Source: Microthyrium microscopicum (Eukaryota). From it: a stretch of DNA of 64,000 nucleotides. Location: positions 1,313,530-1,377,529 of the forward strand of contig MU004238.1 of assembly GCA_010405405.1 (NCBI GenBank). Direction: 5' to 3'. Position 1 is the stretch's first letter. The number at the start of each line of letters is the position of its first letter. Below the pieces are notes generated by a model. That model had not been told where the DNA came from. It did not search any database and was given only the letters and a program-made list of their open reading frames with translations. The position numbers were made by a program, and so were the translations under genes. Below, piece by piece: positions 50,698-63,200 of this stretch.

Positions 50698-53399
50698 TAG
50701 AGCTTCACATTGTTAGGATTCGGATGAGCGGCTTGGTAGACATGAACCCAGACATGTCCACATGCAGGAAGGGTCAAAAATGTTCTCTTGTGGGCCCGAT
50801 TGTTCTGAGGCAAAGGTTAAAGAAAGCTGAACTAAGGTTAATAGCGCCCCAGACATTATTACCCTCCTCGTGGCCTCGACTTGCTGCCACCACCCTCTGG
50901 TCAATTGGGCGAGGCTAAACTTGTTTCCGCACTTTGACTCCTGCAGGATCAGGGGTTATGATAGTTTTTCTGGAATTGCTGACCGCAAGGGCTGTGGCAC
51001 GTCTCATTTCTCACAAACCAACCGATCTTCCTTGCCGACCTTGAAAGAGGCATTGGTCACGAGTTTTGCTCTTTGCCAGCAAAGACTTTGACGCCCTGAA
51101 ATCATGTCACCATAACTGCACCCCTGTCTGCCAGAGGGAAGCGGAGATCTCTTATGTGCATCCTTCTCTCAGAATCATATGCAAGATACAACTGTGATTG
51201 CCAGGCTTATTTTCGCCGAACGCAGAGTAGGGCGCTCATTATTAGCAATTTGACCCGGAATTTCTCCTATCCTTTCTGCAAGACCTAACACCATGAGAAG
51301 GATGTTGAGTCGTATTACGTGGCTGGACAAGAAATCCATTCTCGTATGCTCGGAGCGAACGGCTTGGAAAACAAATGATACGAGCGGCTTCTGTGTGAAA
51401 AAGGTCTCGATCGGGCCTACCAGAATATCAAGGCGCTGAACAGTTTTGGAGACTGGGTCAAAGGCGCAAATTTCTGGAGTTGCACCAATAAAGCGCCATA
51501 TCTGAAGGGAACACGAACTGCTGATCGCGCAAAGCGCTTTTGGTGGCACAGACCTGCAGATAGCTTTAGATGCGATGATATCTAAGGCTGCTCAAGTTAC
51601 AGCTGCAGACCGGAGAGCGCAGCCCATCAATTTGGGAGGTGATGTGGACGAGACATGCACTAAAGTAGGTTCTATTTCCGCGCTATGCGAATAATAAAAA
51701 CCGCTCGGGTCACAAGTGTATATGCTCCACTTATTACTCTTGTTTCAACAAGCACACACACCGAGCACCGTGGGACAATCAGCACAGCTGCACAAGCTCT
51801 TTCCGTCAAAAAACAACCTTGCGCCAAAGTTACATCGACAATCAGCAACAGCGCTTCGTGGCAGGGTTGGAGGCGAGGCAGAGGGCTGATATTCGAGACG
51901 ATCAATGAGTGTTCGATGGTCCTTGAACACAATCCTCAAATTCGCCTCTTCGCCAACCCATTGACAAGTTCAAAGCCCTGCTGGAAGTATCTGGCTGGCC
52001 AGGATCCTTCCGTTGTGCAAGATTATCATGTTGTGAACGGAGAGTGTCTTCCACTTCCACTTTTACCAAGGGGGCAAGTAGTAGTTAGAGGTGGAGGCAG
52101 TAGCCTGTACTTGAGGAGTTACACTACAACACCGAGACCTTGACTCCTCAAGCGGACCGCAAGCGCTCCCCGGTTGACCCTTCGCAATGGATTAGGAGAA
52201 GACGTTAATGCTGTGCCAAAACGGCGCTCAGGCTGAGATGCATAAGGAAGAAAAGAACCAAGAAAAAAGAGAGGACAATTAATTCTTGAATCGAATTATG
52301 AGTTCTGATCTTCTCTCCACCAAAGCGTGAAGTGCGTCTTCCAACCAACAAAATCGATGGATAATGGTATATCCTCCACTTAACGCCCTTGCTAGTGATG
52401 GGTGGGGTAGCACAGTTCGATCTGGCAGAGAAAAGAGATTCACCGCCTGAACTAAACGATATTGATCCTCTCGTCTCTTCGGCTAGTTTATTGACCAGCA
52501 ACCAGCACTCAAATGGCGCTGACGGGGAATCTCCACCCCACCATATTAAAAAGATGCAGCTGCTCAGCGAAAATTGTACAGCCTATGGACTAGTACTCTA
52601 TGGACTACGGAGGCGTCGTTTACCTGAAGGTTGTCCCAAGGATGATGGGCCGTACGGATAGGCGAAAAGCAAATATTGCTTGTACCGTGGCATAATTCGG
52701 ATCTTCATCACTTGTTCGGGAATGGCACTAATATAATTTATGAACTCTGGGGTCCGCCACCAAATCTGCAATGCAATTATGCACGTTGTCACTTGCACAG
52801 CCTGGTACGAAAAAGGATCTGGACAACGGTAAGTTGCAAGATGAGAGGTTGAGACTAGCAAATGGACCAGTAAGTGGTAGGATCCGTGTCTCATATTGGT
52901 TCTACCTCCACAAGTGGTTTTGATCACAATCAGGCTAAATGCACTATCTGTGCTGGTTGATGATTTGATTCATAGCATCGTGTTTCTGCTTACTAGTGCT
53001 ATAGCCGCCCTCGCCGCATGGTCTGAACAATGATACAATCTTACAGCCTGTAAAATAAGAGGTACTTTCTGACGCACGAAAAGCCGGAGGTTACAGAGGT
53101 CTTCGAATTGCGTGTCTTTCATCATGTCAACCCGGGACAGTCAGCATTTCCATAGGGTCCCAGACAGAGTGGCCGGTTACAGTACAGTGCTGCTAAGCTG
53201 CTTAGATCCTAAACGCTGAAATTATGCTCCAATGATATCAGATCAGGCAGCCCCAAACGAAAGGTGTCAAGGCCTGCTTGACCTTGTTTACCTAATATTA
53301 CTACAGTGCCATTTAGGTTCTCTAGTCCCCCCCCCTGAAACTGTGAAATGGCGCTGCAGGCTGTAATTGGGTGGATCCGCGAGAGGAACTAGGCGTTAT

Positions 53400-54421
53400 A
53401 GTGCAAATTTGTAGGGCGCCTCTTGGTTGCGGCTCTGTAGCAGCCTCTTAAAACTATCCTTTGTAAATACTACTTCTTGGGTCGCTTTTAAAGCCGTGCT
53501 GGCGACGTGGATAGCGGAATAGCAGTATTTAATTACTGCTTATTTTTCAACTTTATAATATCTTAAAATGGTAGTATTCCTATTAATTAATAGCGTTTAA
53601 AGCTCTTTAATAGTAATTATATCTTAATGGAGCTAATTAGGCCATAATCTTAAGTTAGGTTCTTAAAGATATTAAAGCTAAAGTAGGTAGAAGGACAATA
53701 TTCTTACTAGTAGAGTTAAAGATCTAGAGTTAAAGATATTAAACGGTATAGGATTATTAGCGCTAAGGGCTATTTTATTAGTAATTAAATCTAATAGTAG
53801 TAAAGAAGCTAAAGATTTAGTAATAGCGACGCTAATAGAGTGCTATTTTAAAGTTAATAAAGAAGTAAGAGTAATAACTATAAGATATCCTATTAATTTA
53901 GTCTAAAATTATTAAAATATATCTATTTAACGTTATTTTACCTTTAACGATTCCTTAATATCTTCTATATAACTTTCTACTACTATTTTAGTATTAAAAT
54001 ACTTCTTAATACTATAGTTTATACTTATTAGGTCCTTAGTCCTATCTAATCTCTAAATCGTTATATCTTAACGCGTACTATAGGTAAATACTATGCGTTA
54101 GTACCTAAAAAGGCTACAAGATAGTTATTTAAGATCTATATAGATATAGGTAGAATTACTCTACTAAAAACGCCTATACTAGCCTTAAAGGCTCTAGCTA
54201 TGTCTTCTTATCTTAAGGATCTAATTCTTATATCTTATACTAAGCCTACGCTATTACCTATTCTTTATAGTAAAATTAATATAAATACTATTATTCTTAA
54301 CTATTTACTAATACTATTAGCTTCTTAGGTTTAACTAGATAAGTATTCTTTATAATAAGATAGTAAGACTTAAGATATCTTAGAGTATGCTACTAATAGA
54401 TTATATCTTTAAGATATTAAC
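53400..54421 (-). mobile_element. Unidentified RIPed repeat hosting element E (continues at 63201-64000)
   Basis: RIP signature on both sides of E, joined by the TSD. Minus strand has long low-stop frames but no motif I could recognise. Confidence 0.45.
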
Positions 54422-54689
54422 TATTAGAAATAGGTCGTTCTAAGTAGGTAAAGACTATAATTATTACGGTTTAAGTAGATATATAAAAATAGGGATAAGA
54501 GTAATTACTAGAGAGTTACTTAGACCCCTATAATCCCTCTTCTTTATTACCTAGAGCTATAAGGACTCTACTAAGCTATCTATATTTATAATAGGTTATT
54601 ATTAATTAACTTAACTAATAACGCTTTATCTTATATAGACGTATCTTATTAGTAGCTATCTTAAACTAGAGGTATCTTAATTCCTAATA
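54422..54689 (-). repeat. 3' LTR of element E
   Basis: Matches 62933-63200 apart from transitions; adjacent pyrimidine tract is the minus-strand PPT. Confidence 0.93.
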
Positions 54690-55829
54690 TTATTCCTCTT
54701 CTTAAGGCTATTTATCCTAAAGAGTATATTTAAAAGTTCTAATAGATATTTCTTATACTTATATATAGCTTTTAACTATACTCTATTATACTAAGACTTA
54801 GAAGAGAATAAGGCTTAACTAAACGTATAAGATTAAGCTACTTATATCTTAAGGAGTTTTCTATAGCCTAGTAATATTCTTATTCTCTAGCTTTAGTATA
54901 TAACTTATTCTAAATAGATAGCCTTTTATTTTTTACCTACTCTAGATAAATAGCTCTTTATTTTTTACTAGTCTTAGATTATAATTAACTATATTAACTT
55001 AAACTTAAAGAAGTCTAGTTATTAAGGTCTAATATATTAGTAGAATATTTAATAAGTAATTACTAGCTCTATTAGGGTCTTAATTAATTAATACTAGCTT
55101 TATTAAAGCTAAATTAAGCTATCTATAAATATAGTATAGTATTACTATTTATATTTAATTAGATCTTATTAAAATGCTACTAGATAGTTATCCTATATAT
55201 AGTATAAGTTATCTAGTTATTAAAATATATATAGCTTAACTTAATTAGTTATATTATATTAGATATACTAAATTTATATTAGTTTAGTATAATTAGCTTT
55301 ATAATAGGTTAAGTAGCTATAACTTATATATAAAACTATTCTATAAGCCTTATTTAGCTTTAAATTAGAAGCGTATTTTAACCCTATTTTGTATTAAAAA
55401 AGGTTCTTAAAGAAGTACTCCTTATATACGTATCTTAATGCTTCTTATGTCTAATTAAAAGTTATTTTGTATTATTTATAGTAAGGTATTTAAATCTTTA
55501 CTTAAAAGTTTAAAGACTCTAAGGCTAGGATTATACTTTCTTATTTAGAAAGTTATAACTCCTTTAAGTACTTACTATACTATACGTAACTTTCTTTTAC
55601 TATAAGAGGCTTTTATAAGTCTTTACTAAGTATTATTATATTAATACTTAGCTATTTTAGGAAAGTAAAGAAATTTAGGTATAAAATAATTCTTCTTACT
55701 CTAAATTCTTTATCTCTTATTTTTTATACTCTAAATCTTAAGATAAGTAGAAATTCTATAGTTTTATAAATATATATAAAGATTACTATTACTAACCTAT
55801 TTTATATTATAGGTCCTTCTTTAGTAACT

Positions 55830-57353
55830 ATAAATTTTCTTTTCTTAGTTATTAAGCTACTTAGCGCCTCTTTAAGTCTCTTTAACCTATTTTAGTATAC
55901 TTTATACTTTTCTAATTTTTAATAACTTATTTTAATTAATTTATATACTTTTAAACCTATTTTTATTTAAAGTAGGTATTAATATAAATAAGTTACTTAA
56001 AGATTCTATTAAAGGCTCTTAAGTCCTTACTAAAGGTAACTTTAATTCTAGTAAGACTATAGTAACTATTCCTACTAATAAAGATATTAATATATTTTAT
56101 AATAACTAAATCTTAACTACTAATATTATAGACCTTACTAAAGTAGTCTTTAAGAATAAAATAAAGTAAGAATACGCTAATAAGAGTATTATAGCTTTAC
56201 TTAGCCTATTATAGTACTACTTAACCCTAAATCTCTATTAGCGTTATATAGAGATCTATATAGCATATTTCTTTTCTTTTTTAATTACTAAACTTTACCT
56301 TATTCTTAACTTAGACTATTATTATGCTTAGTAAGTTAGTTTAGGTAAGTACTTTATTAAATACTTTAATATAAAGTTAACTAAGGATTATTTAGAAGTA
56401 ATATCCTATTCTAGCTTATTTTACGTTATATTATATTAATATAAGTAAGTTATTCCTTATTAAGACCTTTATAATAAAGCTAAGCTTATTTTAGTCTATA
56501 TTACTATTAATAAGGTTATTTATACTCTTAAGAATAGTTCTTAAGACAAATTATTTTATAAAGATAAGCGTATACTTTATAATAGTATTTAGTACGCTTA
56601 TAAGTACGTAGTAACTCTTTATAAGTTATAAGTACTTATTTTAACTAATTCTAGTCTAGCTTTATATATTTAGACGCTAATTAATTTATAGTTATATATC
56701 TAAGTAGCTAGTAGTTAACTTTTTTCTATTATACTTTAGTATTGCTAAGGGTAGCTTTTATGTAACCTACGTACTTATTAACTACTATATAAGTACTAAA
56801 GCTACCTAAAAGCTAATAAATAATAGCCTTTTAGAATTAGAGAAGCGTATTATAGCTTATCTAGCTCTCTTAGGCGCTAATATCTAATTCTATCTTCTTA
56901 AGCGTTTTAAGCGCTATAATATGCTATATTCTTAGCGTATAGACTTCTACTATATTATTAGTCTTTAAGGACTTAATATATCTTAGGTAAGTTTTTTTAT
57001 ATCTATACTAGGTTACTTTATATTTAACTATTCTATAGTAATTTACTAATACTAAGAATAATCTAGCTAGTATTCTTTTAAACTCTTAAGTACTTTTTAA
57101 GCACTATAAGGCCTATCTTAGTATTTCTAAGCGTTAAGAAATTAAGGCCTATATTAAAAAGGCTATTAAGGCTTTCTATAAGGATAGTTATACTAATAAA
57201 GACTATTTTAAGGTTAAGGCTATAGCTCCTACTATAAAAAAGTGTAAGATAGGCTAGGTAGCTTCTTCTTAAGTTAAAATAAAGTTAGATAGGTTATCTT
57301 AGATCTTTTTAGAATTTAATATTATCTATACTTAGCCTTAATTAGCTAAGTAA
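55830..57353 (+). pseudogene. RIPed antisense multi-intron gene of unknown function carried by element E
   Basis: Low-stop plus-strand frames; intron-like segments 56345-56395, 56445-56494, 56604-56659 and 56987-57038. Removing the 52-nt 56987-57038 joins two long frames in phase 0. Start approximate. Confidence 0.65.
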
Positions 57354-57749
57354 GGCTATTTCTTATTATATTAAGTTATTTTGTATTCCTTAAGGATAAG
57401 TTAGTTAGTAGATACCCTTCTAAGACTTCCTAAGAATAAGTTTATTAGTAAATACCTTTATAGAACTATTATATAGCTAATTTAACTCTTAGTTAGAAAT
57501 TACTTATTCTTTTATATATTTTCTAATATATATTTTAACCCTATTTTGCGTTATAAAGAGTTTTTAAAAAAGTACTCCTTATATATATATAGAAACCTAT
57601 TTTATATATTATTCTAAGTTATTTTATATATTTATAACTTAGTAGTTTTTTTATATACTTATTATCTAGTACTATTTTTAAGTTACTTTAGGTTAATTTA
57701 TTATAATATACGTATAAAGGAGTTAATTTAGGTTCTAATTAGTAAGAAA

Positions 57750-60700
57750 ATTATAAAGTAATTATTCCTTTTCTTTAAAAGCTTATCTTAAGTCTTTTAG
57801 GTCTTTTTTAGCCTTTCTAGCTATCTTTTTAGTCTTATAGGGTTAAGATTTATTAACCTATCTATAATATTATCTAAATATATTATTTTATATTTAATTA
57901 CTCCTCTAATTATACTTATTACTAGTATAATGCTTTTCTTAGCTAACTTTATATAATAGTACTTTAAAGTAATTAAAGAAAGGTTAGCTATAGGCTCTTA
58001 AGTTAATTTAGACTCTAAGTAACTTTTCTATTTTATAAAGTAGTAATATTTACTCTTTTTATCTACTATATACTTTATTACTTCCTCTATATTATATATA
58101 TTTAAGTCTTCTAGGTTTAAAGAATCCTATAGTAATATAGACTTCTATAGAAAGTAGAGGTTTAGCTTATATAGCTCTAATAGGAAGATATAGAATATAT
58201 TATAGACTTATATATTCTTTAGGAAGTTAAGCTAATAAGTATTAATATTTATAACTTCTATAATCTTAAAAAGACCTATATACTTAATATTAAGCTTCTT
58301 CTTAACGTAAGTAGTCTAAATATTCTTTATATTAAGTAAGACTTAGTTATTAATATTTAAATAAACGTTCTTCTTCTCTTTATTATACTAGTTAGCTTAG
58401 TATAGCTATACTTTAGCTAATTTATTTCTTATTACGCATTATAGAGATAAGATATAGTTTACTATCTTCTTAGCGTTAAGTATAATACTTTTTAATAGTA
58501 TTTTAGCTAATTTAAAAGTATAGGAGTTTCTTCTAGTATATATAATAAAAAAAGTAACTTTAGTTAATAAGTAAATACTATTATTATAGTTAAACTTAGC
58601 TAAACTAAGCTATCTTGCTTAATTGTTCTATTTCTAATACCTATAAATCTATAAGTAGTACTTAACCTCCTAGTTTAAGTACTCTATTTAACTATTAGTC
58701 TATAAGTAGAATACTATTAAGAGTTTTCTAAGGATAGAAAGATAATAAAGAAATATTTTCTAGTACTTAAAAATAAAGAAAGGTCTTTAATTAGATATAA
58801 TAGTATAAAGTATACTATATAGGTATATAACCTCTTATAAAAAGATCTTAGTAAAGTCTTTTATATCTATATTCTTTCTTATTAAGATATAGTAAGCTAT
58901 TTTAGTTAATTTATTAATAACTACTATAATAGAGTTATAAATTTAATTATTATAAATACTTAGGAGTAAATTTATAATAAAATCTATAGTAATATTCTTT
59001 TATAGCGCTTCTAAGATTAATAAGACTATTAATAACCCTTTCTAAGCTTATTTAATAAATTTATTACGTTAGTAGTTAAGGCAAGCCTTATAATAGTTTT
59101 TAATGTTCTTTTAGATATAGTCCTAAGTATAGTAGCGCTTAATCTTCTTAAGTATCTTCTTTAATCCTTTATAACTATCTTTTATAGCGTTATTATAAAA
59201 CTTTTATAAAATTTTCTTCTTTTATAACTCTTTCTTAACGAAAATAAGATTTTTACTTATTTATTTAGCTTTATCTAAGTTATTCTTAGCTAGAAGTAGT
59301 TTATTAATAGCTAAAATCTTACTAAAGCTTATTTTTAAATACTTCTAAGTCTTAGTAGGCTTATCTTAATCTTTCTTAAGTTAATTTATAGTAAAATACT
59401 ATATATTAATACTAATATACGTAATAATAAAGTCTATAAGTCTAATAGCGTTAGTTTTAGCTATAGGAGTATTATCTAGCTATAACTTATTATAAAGTAG
59501 GTTAAGTAACGCTTCTATAGTCTTTTTCTATTCTCTTTAGCCCTCTTTAACATAGTCTAGACGTCTTAAGGGTCTATTAGCTAGATTTATCTTACCTAGG
59601 TAGTACTTAATATTAAAATTATATTCTAAGAGTAAATCTACCTATTTTATATATATTAATAATATTTTTAGTATTATTTTAAGCAATTTAAGATTTATAT
59701 AGTCTATTAAGACCTAAAATTAGTCTAGTAAGCCTTATAAGTACTTTCTAAATACTTTTAAGAAATTTATAATTACTAAGAACTCCTATTATAGAGTTTT
59801 ATAGTAGCTCTCTAATAGAGACAATTTCTAAGAATAGAATATAATAAGTTTCTATAAGCTATTCTAGCTTTTATTACGCTATTTCTAGCTTAATATCCTA
59901 TAAATTGCCCTTCTAGAAGCATTAGTTTCTAACTATATAGAAAGTATAGAGTTAAAATAGACTAAAATTAGTACGTTTATAAAAGAATCTTTTAGTTTAT
60001 TAAAAGAATTTAAGGCGTCTAGTAGTAATTTAATATCTATAAACTTCTCTTATTATAGCTTTAAGCCTTTTAGGGCTTAACCTAGTTCTTTCCTAGTTAA
60101 GGCGTTTAGTAATATAGTAATATAGAAGAATCTAGTAATAAACTAATAATAATAGTTTATAAAGCTAATAAATTCTCTTACTTAGTATATATTATATAGT
60201 TTTAGCTAATCTAGGTATATATTAACCTATAACTAATCTATAATAGTACTATCTAAGGTTATAATATAACTTAGATACTCTATACTACTAGTATAAAACT
60301 TATACTTAGATAGCTTTATATATAAATAATACTCTATAAGTTGCTATAAGACTTCTTAGACGTCTTTAATATATTACTCTTTAGTTTTAGAGTAAATAAG
60401 GATATTATTAAGATAAATAATATATATTATGTCTACTAAGCCTCTTAATACTTAGTTAATATACGCTTAAAAGGCTATAAAAGCATTTATAAGTCTAAAT
60501 AAAACTACTATATACTTAAATATTTTATATTTAGTCCTAAACGTAGTCTTTTACTTATTACTATCTTTAATATATAAATAGTAGTAAGCTTTATATAAGT
60601 TAAGGCTAGTAAAAAACTTAGCGCCTTAAAGTCTATTTAAAGACTTCTTAATAAGAAGTAATGCGTACTAATTCTTAATAGTAATATTATTTAGGCCTTA

Positions 60701-62800
60701 GTAATCTATATAAAGTTATAATATCCTATCTTTCTTCTTTATAAAGAGGATAGAGGCTTTAGTAAGGAATTTTAACTTCTAGATTTAACCTTTTATAAGG
60801 TAAGTATCTAAGTACTTACGTAGAATAACTAACTTAGCTTTTAAGAAGCTATAAATAGGTCTATATAATACTATAGCGCCTAGCTCTAAGTTAATCTTAA
60901 GGTCTTATAGACTATATTAGGCTAGTTTAAGTATATCTTATTTACTAAAGACTTTAGCAAACTATAAATACTTACTTAAGAGCTCTTTTATAAATAAATT
61001 TAGGTCTAGTAACCTAACTAGATAATTAAATAGTTAAGATAAATTATCCTAAGCTAACTTAGAGAATTTATTAACGTTTATAGTTTCTATCTTACTATAG
61101 AAGCTACTAAAAAGTTACTTTTATATAAAGGTCTTATTCTTAAAGTCTAGAAAAGGATTCTATTTCTTTAACTAGAGTATTTTTATAATAATAGAGTAAT
61201 ATAAAGAGTTTATAATATAAAATAACCCTATTCTAGTCTTAGGGAGGCTATTTAAGTTAACTATTATTATTATAGCTTCTATAACTTTATAAATTTATAT
61301 AAGAGTACTATTTAGGTATATTATAAGTATCTTAAGAAGAAGAGTAATATAGAGCTAAAGTTTTTTAGCTAGCTTAATATTTATAACGTTAAAGTATAAC
61401 TTATAATTAACTATAATATCTAAGGATAGAGCCTCCTAGCCTTTATTATTCTTTAAACTTCCTTATAGGTATATTTACTTTAACTTTAGTCTTATAAAGT
61501 CTACCTTGCTAAGTAAGTTATTATTCTTAGCTTTTAACGTCTCTAAGACGTATATAATAATAGTTTTATAAAGCTATTTAGCGCTAAGCTAAGCTATTTT
61601 ATTAATAAGAAAGGTTACTAAGTCCTAGTCTATAACTTTATAACTTTATTTTTCTTTTATAGCTTAGGGCATTCTATTTTAAAGTAGAGTCTACTATATT
61701 TAAAGTATTTAATCTTTTTTAAGTTAGACTCTAGTAGAATATCTACGTTCTAAGTCGTTTTAGGCATAGCTTATTCTACCTTACTATTCTTTAAAGAGTA
61801 GAAAGACTTTCTAAGTATTCTTAGCTCTTTTAAGCCCTTCTTATACTTATACTTATCTCTTAAGAAGTATAAGCGTTATTTTAAGAAAGATTATCCTAGG
61901 TTTACTTTTTTAAGAGTAGAATAAGCCTTAGCCTCTATAGAACTAAGAATCTAATATAAGTTAGCCTTTTTAAAAGCCTCTTTAACTATAGTAGTAGTAA
62001 ACTTCTTATTAAAAAGAATCTTCTTCTATATATTTCTAAGAAAGTCTCTATAAAACTAAAAGAGGTAACTCTTCTAATTATTATATTTCTATTTCTTCTA
62101 TAACTTAAGGAGGTTATTATAAAGCTCCTAAAGGTAGTGTTAATCTAATTTAACTATCTAAGACTTCTTAAAAGTAATATATTCTTACTTTATAGAGTAG
62201 CCTAAATAGCCTAGCGTATAGTTTTAGACTACTTACTATATCTTTTAAAATCCTAAGTCTTAGGACTCTTTATAAAAGATAAGATTATTTAATTCTATCT
62301 ATAATAGCTCTTTCTTAAGCTAATTACGTTTATAAATATACTAATAGAGTTACTAGTTATAAGTACTTTCTTAATAAAAGGGTTTAATAAACTTTTATTT
62401 AACGTTATTAACCTAAGATATATATTCCTAGAGACTCTTCTTCTTATAAAGCTCTATCTTAGGCCTATCTTAATTTAAAAGTTCTAAGAGAGTAAAAGCT
62501 TAGCTTAAAAGATACTAATTAAGTCTTATTATATTAACTTAGCTAAAGTTCTCTAACTTTTAGGTAGTTTTAAGTTTACTAAACTAAATTACCCTAGCTT
62601 TTACTATTAGCTCTTATATCTTAAGCTCTAGCTTCTTTTTATTAATAAGTACGTTAAGTTCCTTCTTATAATACGTTATAAAGTTATTTTAGGTCTCCTT
62701 AGGCCTAGGTAAATTAAGGTTAGCTAGTTTAATATTAGATAGGTCTAATAAATCTCTAAATATATTAGTTTAAGGTATAATAGGTACTAATAACCCTTAG
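57750..62800 (-). pseudogene. RIP-inactivated gag-pol of element E
   Basis: Gypsy domain order on the minus strand; boundaries approximate. Confidence 0.85.
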
Positions 62801-62932
62801 CCTAATAGTTAAGGCTACTTAAGTCTTATCTAGGTACTAAGGTCTAAATATCTACTATTAGATATAGTTTCTAATTAAATAAAAGATAAAAATAATTTCT
62901 TTAGGTACTTAAAGGTTAAGAAGTAATTACTA

Positions 62933-63200
62933 TATTAGAAATAAGTTATTCTAAGTAAGTAAAGACTATAATTATTATAGTTTAAGTAGATACGTAAAAA
63001 TAAGAATAAGAGTAATTACTAGGGAGTTACTTAGATCCTTATAATTCCTCTTCTTTATTACCTAAAGCTATAAGGACTCTACTAAGCTATCTATATTTAT
63101 AATAAGTCGTTATTAGTTAACCTAACTAATAACGCTTTATCCTACGTAGACGTGTCCTATTAGTAGCTGTCTTAAACTAGAGGTATCCTAGTTCCTAACA
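62933..63200 (-). repeat. 5' LTR of element E
   Basis: Minus strand begins with intact TGTTAGGAAC. Confidence 0.93.

Larger units (their letters stand above)
54422..63200 (-). mobile_element. Ty3/Gypsy chromovirus E, full length (8.78 kb), RIPed
   Basis: 268-bp LTRs at 54422-54689 and 62933-63200; TSD TTAAC/TTAAT (54417-54421, 63201-63205); PPT just inside 54690. Minus-strand RT YLNN(=YLDD)I ~60410, RNaseH ~59920, integrase ~58200-59200, chromodomain ~57980-58100. Confidence 0.93.

Noticed and set aside
51175..52927. Several 60-150-aa ORFs
   Set aside because: No motifs, signal peptides or consistent exon chains; lengths are compatible with chance.
53315..53340. Helitron 3' end or LTR PPT at the C9/CTAG motif
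   Set aside because: Flanking bases do not fit an A|T insertion with an upstream hairpin, and no matching LTR pair was found.
24602..53400. tRNA/rRNA genes or a secondary-metabolite cluster
   Set aside because: No cloverleaf or rRNA-like sequence was seen. The squalene/phytoene-synthase-like ORF has NDUFAF6 features and there is no PKS/NRPS backbone gene.
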